Source: an uncultured virus (IMG/VR IMGVR_UViG_3300028805_000095) (lineage: Duplodnaviria > Heunggongvirae > Uroviricota > Caudoviricetes). Taken from it: a stretch of 20,000 nucleotides of DNA. Shown one piece after another: positions 15,760 to 20,000 of the stretch; within the stretch, counting starts at the first letter, position 1, and each line of letters starts with the position of its first letter. The notes beneath the pieces were generated by a model, which was not told the DNA's origin, searched no databases, and saw only the letters and a list, made by a program, of their open reading frames with translations. Location of the stretch: IMG/VR virus record IMGVR_UViG_3300028805_000095, one strand, 5' to 3'. Position numbers and translations under genes: made by a program.

Positions 15760-16122
15760 TTATAAATCCTCCATAATCATAATATAGTCAATATCAGCTT
15801 TCTGCTGAACACTCTCATTTGTAAGCTGTTCTGCGGATAACTCATACTCTTCTGCTCTTACGAACTCACCATCTACATATTTAAATACTCTGGGAACAAC
15901 ATTTTCAGGAATCTCTTCAACTCCAACCACAGACATAATATCTTCAAACTGTTGAACGAAATTATATCCGACTTTGGCAAAAATCTTTTCGTTGTTACCC
16001 ATATATCCCTGTGCTTTATCAACATAGCAAGGAATAATAATGCCGTTACTATTTTTAAGTACAGGCTTAACATCATCAACTATGTCAATGATTATGTTGT
16101 TAATGTTTAGATATAGATACAT
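15760..16122 (-). CDS. Tail-fibre-associated small protein (XkdW-like position)
   Basis: C-terminal ADIDYIMIME pattern and location directly before the XkdX-like gene; SD AAGGGAG. Confidence 0.65.
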   Translation of the reverse strand: MYLYLNINNIIIDIVDDVKPVLKNSNGIIIPCYVDKAQGYMGNNEKIFAKVGYNFVQQFEDIMSVVGVEEIPENVVPRVFKYVDGEFVRAEEYELSAEQLTNESVQQKADIDYIMIMEDL

Positions 16123-16213
16123 TTTTATTCTCCCTTTTCAATAACTTGTTGAATATTGAAATATAACCTCTTAACTCACTTGCTTATTTCAATAAGTGTT
16201 TGAGTTTTTGAAA

Positions 16214-17116
16214 TTATGAATCTGCAGCAACTTCAAAACAAGGTAAAATATAAATATTTCCTGTGTTATAAACATAATAGTTTTCTGCACCATTTGTTTC
16301 AATCATCGTTACACTATTTCCGCCATTACTTGTCAAATCTCTTGTCCACCAATTTCGTAATGTATCGCTTGTGTCCGTTTTCACTCTGTTTGCTTGTGTG
16401 GTAAAAATAGGGAATTGTGCAAGTGGATATGTTGGAGTTCCGCTGTTTACATATCCTGTTACCTCTGTTCGTGATGGTATCCATACTTTCGCCGTAAATG
16501 TTTTCCAACTTCCACTCCAAGACGAACTGTTATAAGTGGATATATACTGTTGTTCTTCTTGGCTTATGGCATTGTAAAATTGATTTGTTACTCCGTAAAT
16601 TGTAGAATCTGAATAAGCAATACCATAAGGACTTGTCGCAGTGTACCAAACTGATTGTTGCCAAACATTGTCGCTTACAAGGATAACATTATGCGCTGAA
16701 CAGTGGTTAATAGCACCAATCGACATTTTCCAAGTATTTCCACTAACTGTGATATTTACTTTATCGCCTATGGTTAAAGTATCATTTTCATTTCCAGCAT
16801 TTAATATAGATTTGATTCCTTTAAGTGTTGACTTGTCCAAAACATTTACAAAGTATGTCTGTCCGTAATCAACTGTCTTATAAACTCCACCAACTTCGGT
16901 AGCAACTCCACCAATATCTTGAACTGTGCAAATCTTATAATAGTCATAAGGTGGAACTGTAAACACTAAAGCCGTACCTACTGTTGCAACTTGCTTATTC
17001 CATACCTTATTACTATCTGTCATACTACGGACACGAATTGTATCTCCAACACTAAAGGTTGATGTATCACATATTATTCTGCCTTGTCCGTAATAGTATC
17101 CGTCTGCATATCCCAT
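16214..17116 (-). CDS. DUF6273-like (C-type lectin fold) putative tail/receptor-binding protein
   Basis: IGDKV, KVWIPSRTEV, FPIF, NWWTR...NG...ILPCF C-terminal pattern; SD AAAGGAG. Confidence 0.7.
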   Translation of the reverse strand: MGYADGYYYGQGRIICDTSTFSVGDTIRVRSMTDSNKVWNKQVATVGTALVFTVPPYDYYKICTVQDIGGVATEVGGVYKTVDYGQTYFVNVLDKSTLKGIKSILNAGNENDTLTIGDKVNITVSGNTWKMSIGAINHCSAHNVILVSDNVWQQSVWYTATSPYGIAYSDSTIYGVTNQFYNAISQEEQQYISTYNSSSWSGSWKTFTAKVWIPSRTEVTGYVNSGTPTYPLAQFPIFTTQANRVKTDTSDTLRNWWTRDLTSNGGNSVTMIETNGAENYYVYNTGNIYILPCFEVAADS

Positions 17117-17324
17117 TGTCTATTCTCCTTTATTAAATAACTTCGGTTATCTAATTTCCATTTACATTTAAGGATAATTAGATAACCATTAATATTCTAA
17201 TTATTATGGAAATATAAAATATAAACATCATAAGATGACAATTAATCAGGAGATTAATTAAAAGACATAATAATTAGAAAGGTTAACGTTACTGATATTG
17301 ATTCCTCAATATTATTAAGATGTG

Positions 17325-17353
17325 AATAGGGTGAGAATTTATCTCACCCTATT
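17325..17353 (-). terminator. Terminator hairpin
   Basis: AATAGGGTGAGA/TCTCACCCTATT stem just after the 17371 stop codon. Confidence 0.72.
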
Positions 17354-17370
17354 TAAATAAACATTTATAC

Positions 17371-19364
17371 TTAGAATTTTACATATGTTGTCTCATGTCC
17401 AGTAGGAATAGCAACATCACGAGTACTTTGAGATACACCATAATCTACATATTCTTCTGTACCAAACTTATCATAGAACTGAGGATTAGAATATGCAGCA
17501 GCAGATTCTTCTGTAGGGATCTCAGCTTCATAAACAAGATAATGTCCAGACATGGCTGATTTAAATACAGCTGGGTCAGTATAATTATCATCTTTAATAT
17601 TGATAGCTTTAGCTGTCAATGCTCCGGCAATCTCACCATTTAATAATTCCTGATATGTTTTTGCTACAGGTGTATATTTATCACATATAAAATTAGTATA
17701 ACTATAGACTGTACCTGTTGTCTTTTTATTAGGCAAATTAAGAGTATACATTACATTATATTCTGCATTTCTCATCCAATCTATTGTACCCATATCAATT
17801 ATTTCATAGTTTCTAGTAATAATTCCAGTACTCTCATAGATATCACCATCACAATATAACTTATTGGCACTATCTAATTTAAAGATACCCCTAATTTCTT
17901 TAGAAGAATCAAGAGCATAAGAATGTGATTCATAAGGTTCATAAGTAGCACTTGTAGATGCAGGTCTTATCATAGGTCTGAAAATAAGGTTGTCTGCCTT
18001 ATAATCTTTCTTGATTATTATGCTTAATCTCCACTTACCAGTATCTGTAACATTAATGGTTACTCCGTTTCCTGAATCATCATTAGAAGTAACTTCTAGA
18101 TCAGAAATTCTTAAATAATATGTAGAGCCACCACCACCTTCAGGGCATCCGTTAAGAATGTAACCTACAAAGGGGCAACTTTCCTGAGTTGTAGCATATA
18201 TGTTAAAAGAAGTATCAGCACTGGCTGTTCCGTTTGCGGTTACTGTTCCATCTGAATTAACAGTAAATACAACATCGTTTATAGTAGTACTAGTTGCCTG
18301 GTTATTAAATTGGTTCTTTCCAGTAAACTTGTGTTCAGATAATTTCACACTTTGTAAACTACCAGCATCATAAGCATAGTAATTATTAGGGAATAATTTA
18401 CGTACATAAGCAACACCACTACCAGGTGATGCTGTTTCAAGTCCATAAATATAGTTTGCTATAGTTGAACCGAATAAAAGTGTAAGGTCGATATACATTG
18501 CATTTTTAATATTTATTGTATTTTCACCATCAGTAATATTTGAATAAAATTGATAATTTATTGAAGATGTAGTTGCATTTAGTACATTTGTTATTTTAGT
18601 ATAAATATTAGTAGCAGGAAAATCATTTTTAAAATGAGTTCTCATTAGTTGTGTACTCTTATACTCAAAACTTACTAAATACTTATGATTAACTATTGTA
18701 TTTATCGATTGATAAATACCACCAAATTGTGCTTGCGCAACTATTGTTGCTTCATTATTATTGGCAGTAAAAGTAGTTGAAGCACCAACATTTACATTCC
18801 AATTACTTGTACTTGCAAAATTACCATTCTGTACCAACTGGTTCCAAGCAACAGTTCCACCTATTATCTTATCATAGTAATAGTTAGTTGCTCCAGAAAA
18901 TGCTAAAGCATTTCTCTTTGTATAGGGAGATTTATCAATTGTTAAGATTCCCCCCCCCCTGATACTGATTCGATGATAGAGCTTCCTATGAAACTAGTGG
19001 TCTTTGTTGTGGTTACACCATCTATTTCAACAGCTTCAGTAATACTACCATCAGCATTAAAAGTTACTGTCTTATCAAATCCTTCACCTTCGATACTAAT
19101 ACTACCATCATCATTAAATGTAGTAGTTTTAGGAATCAAATCAAAATTAACGTCATTAAACGCACTCTGTACACTAATTGAATTAACTCCAAGAACACTA
19201 TTATCAAATCCTACATCACTCGCAGGTATTCTACCATAATCATCAGGTGCATCGGTTCTTATCCAAAATTCAGGTTTTACTTCTAAGGCATCATATTGCG
19301 CTTGTGTTAGTTCAGGCATAGAATTAACACCAGCAACCATTTTGCCGTTGTAATAAAGTGCCAT
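17371..19364 (-). CDS. Tail fibre/receptor-binding protein, frameshifted at a G10 tract (18950-18959); about 664 aa if G11
   Basis: The N-terminal module (19364-18942) has tail-fibre motifs LTQAQYDAL and ASDVGFDN...VQSA. The second frame is open from the G tract through DKIIGGTVAWNQLVQNGNF to 17371 and lacks a convincing own ATG/SD. Confidence 0.78.
18950..18959 (-). repeat. Poly-G tract (G10 on coding strand)
   Basis: Ten consecutive C on the + strand in an AT-rich genome, located at the frame junction. Confidence 0.95.
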
Positions 19365-19464
19365 GTATAGACCCTCCTATAATTATTTTTATAGCATAAA
19401 TTTTATACGATTTTATATAATAAATAAAGTATTATAAAGATGTGAATAATATGAAAAAATAAAA

Positions 19465-19493
19465 AGTCTATGGAGCAAAACACTCCATAGACT
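19465..19493 (-). terminator. Rho-independent terminator
   Basis: AGTCTATGGAG/CTCCATAGACT stem followed by a T tract on the minus strand. Confidence 0.78.
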
Positions 19494-19515
19494 ATATAAT
19501 TTATTAAGAAGATTT

Positions 19516-20000
19516 TTAATTATCAATGTATATTTTTCTTACTCTTAATACAGGATTAGTATATGAACTTGCAGTTCGAGAGCCACTATATACATCAGAA
19601 TTACTCGTAACTGCGTACTCAGGAAATTCTTCAGATGTTAATCCCACCGCATATGGATATTGCCATCCTCCACTATTTATAGTACCTAAACCACATACAA
19701 CTCTTTTTGAAGATGCTGTTATATTGAATGTTTTTGTGATTATAGCTCCACTGCCATTTATAGAAATATCAAATATTAATCTTTTACCTTTATACTTAGA
19801 TAAATCCAATCCATCTAAGTAAATAGCATCTGAATATCCACCATTCAATCCCTTAAAACAAATACCATCACTTATTGAATGTGATTTAGTATAGTATGAA
19901 CCACCTGATGCACTGTACTTTATACCTACTTCAGATACACCATCTAAATATGTATCATTTTCGAAAATAACAGGATTAGAAGGAATATTCCCCCCCCCCC
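19516..20000 (-). CDS. C-terminal domain of a second putative tail fibre/receptor-binding protein (open at right edge)
   Basis: Frame is open from the poly-G tract: GGG-NIPSNPVIFENDTYLDG...LDLSKYKGKRLIFD...VRKIYIDN. The beta-rich DLSKY..L / .I..I pattern is typical of fibre tip domains. Confidence 0.65.
   Translation of the reverse strand, partial: GGGNIPSNPVIFENDTYLDGVSEVGIKYSASGGSYYTKSHSISDGICFKGLNGGYSDAIYLDGLDLSKYKGKRLIFDISINGSGAIITKTFNITASSKRVVCGLGTINSGGWQYPYAVGLTSEEFPEYAVTSNSDVYSGSRTASSYTNPVLRVRKIYIDN
19990..20000 (-). repeat. Poly-G tract (>=11 nt, truncated by window edge)
   Basis: At least 11 consecutive C on the + strand. Confidence 0.95.

Noticed and set aside
15873..16868. Short ORFs 15873..16079, 16216..16404, 16326..16520 and 16641..16868
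   Set aside because: They overlap better-supported genes in other frames or strands and show no recognisable motifs.
17371..18837. Independent 488-aa gene starting at TTG 18837
   Set aside because: The frame is open for a further 37 codons up to the poly-G tract and the TTG falls inside the AWNQLVQN motif; better explained as the frameshifted C-module.
18973..19822. Plus-strand ORFs 18973..19239 and 19526..19822
   Set aside because: Antisense shadows of the fibre genes.
1..20000. Stop-codon reassignment, CRISPR array or complete DGR
   Set aside because: TAG and TGA end genes at sensible boundaries with dense coding under code 11; no repeat-spacer array, RT gene or template repeat is visible in the window.

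Overview
AT-rich segment of a jumbo phage genome, most similar in organisation to AR9/PBS1-like phages of Firmicutes (inferred from gene content, standard genetic code). (1) 1-2833: 3' part of the catalytic beta'-N subunit gene of a phage multisubunit RNA polymerase, split into four exons by three self-splicing introns: an ORF-less group II intron (455-1049), an 18-nt micro-exon, a group I intron with an HNH homing endonuclease (1068-2210), and an ORF-less group I intron (2303-2593) inside the DFDGD motif that appears to end in A rather than omega-G. (2) 2841-3156: an aberrant tRNA-Leu-like gene followed by an unidentified pseudoknotted/kissing-loop RNA. (3) 3187-12846: small, mostly hypothetical genes, including a degenerate GH25 muramidase, a DUF3307 protein, an ART-fold-like protein, a 2H phosphoesterase, two unrelated proteins with an identical 13-aa C-terminal tag, and a second structured intergenic RNA. 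(4) 12912-20000, minus strand: probable major capsid protein, an acidic protein, an XkdX-like pair, a DUF6273-like protein, and two adjacent tail-fibre/receptor-binding genes that each carry a poly-G tract (G10, out of frame; G>=11 at the window edge), suggesting phase-variable receptor-binding proteins. No searches were run; family calls come from motif recognition.
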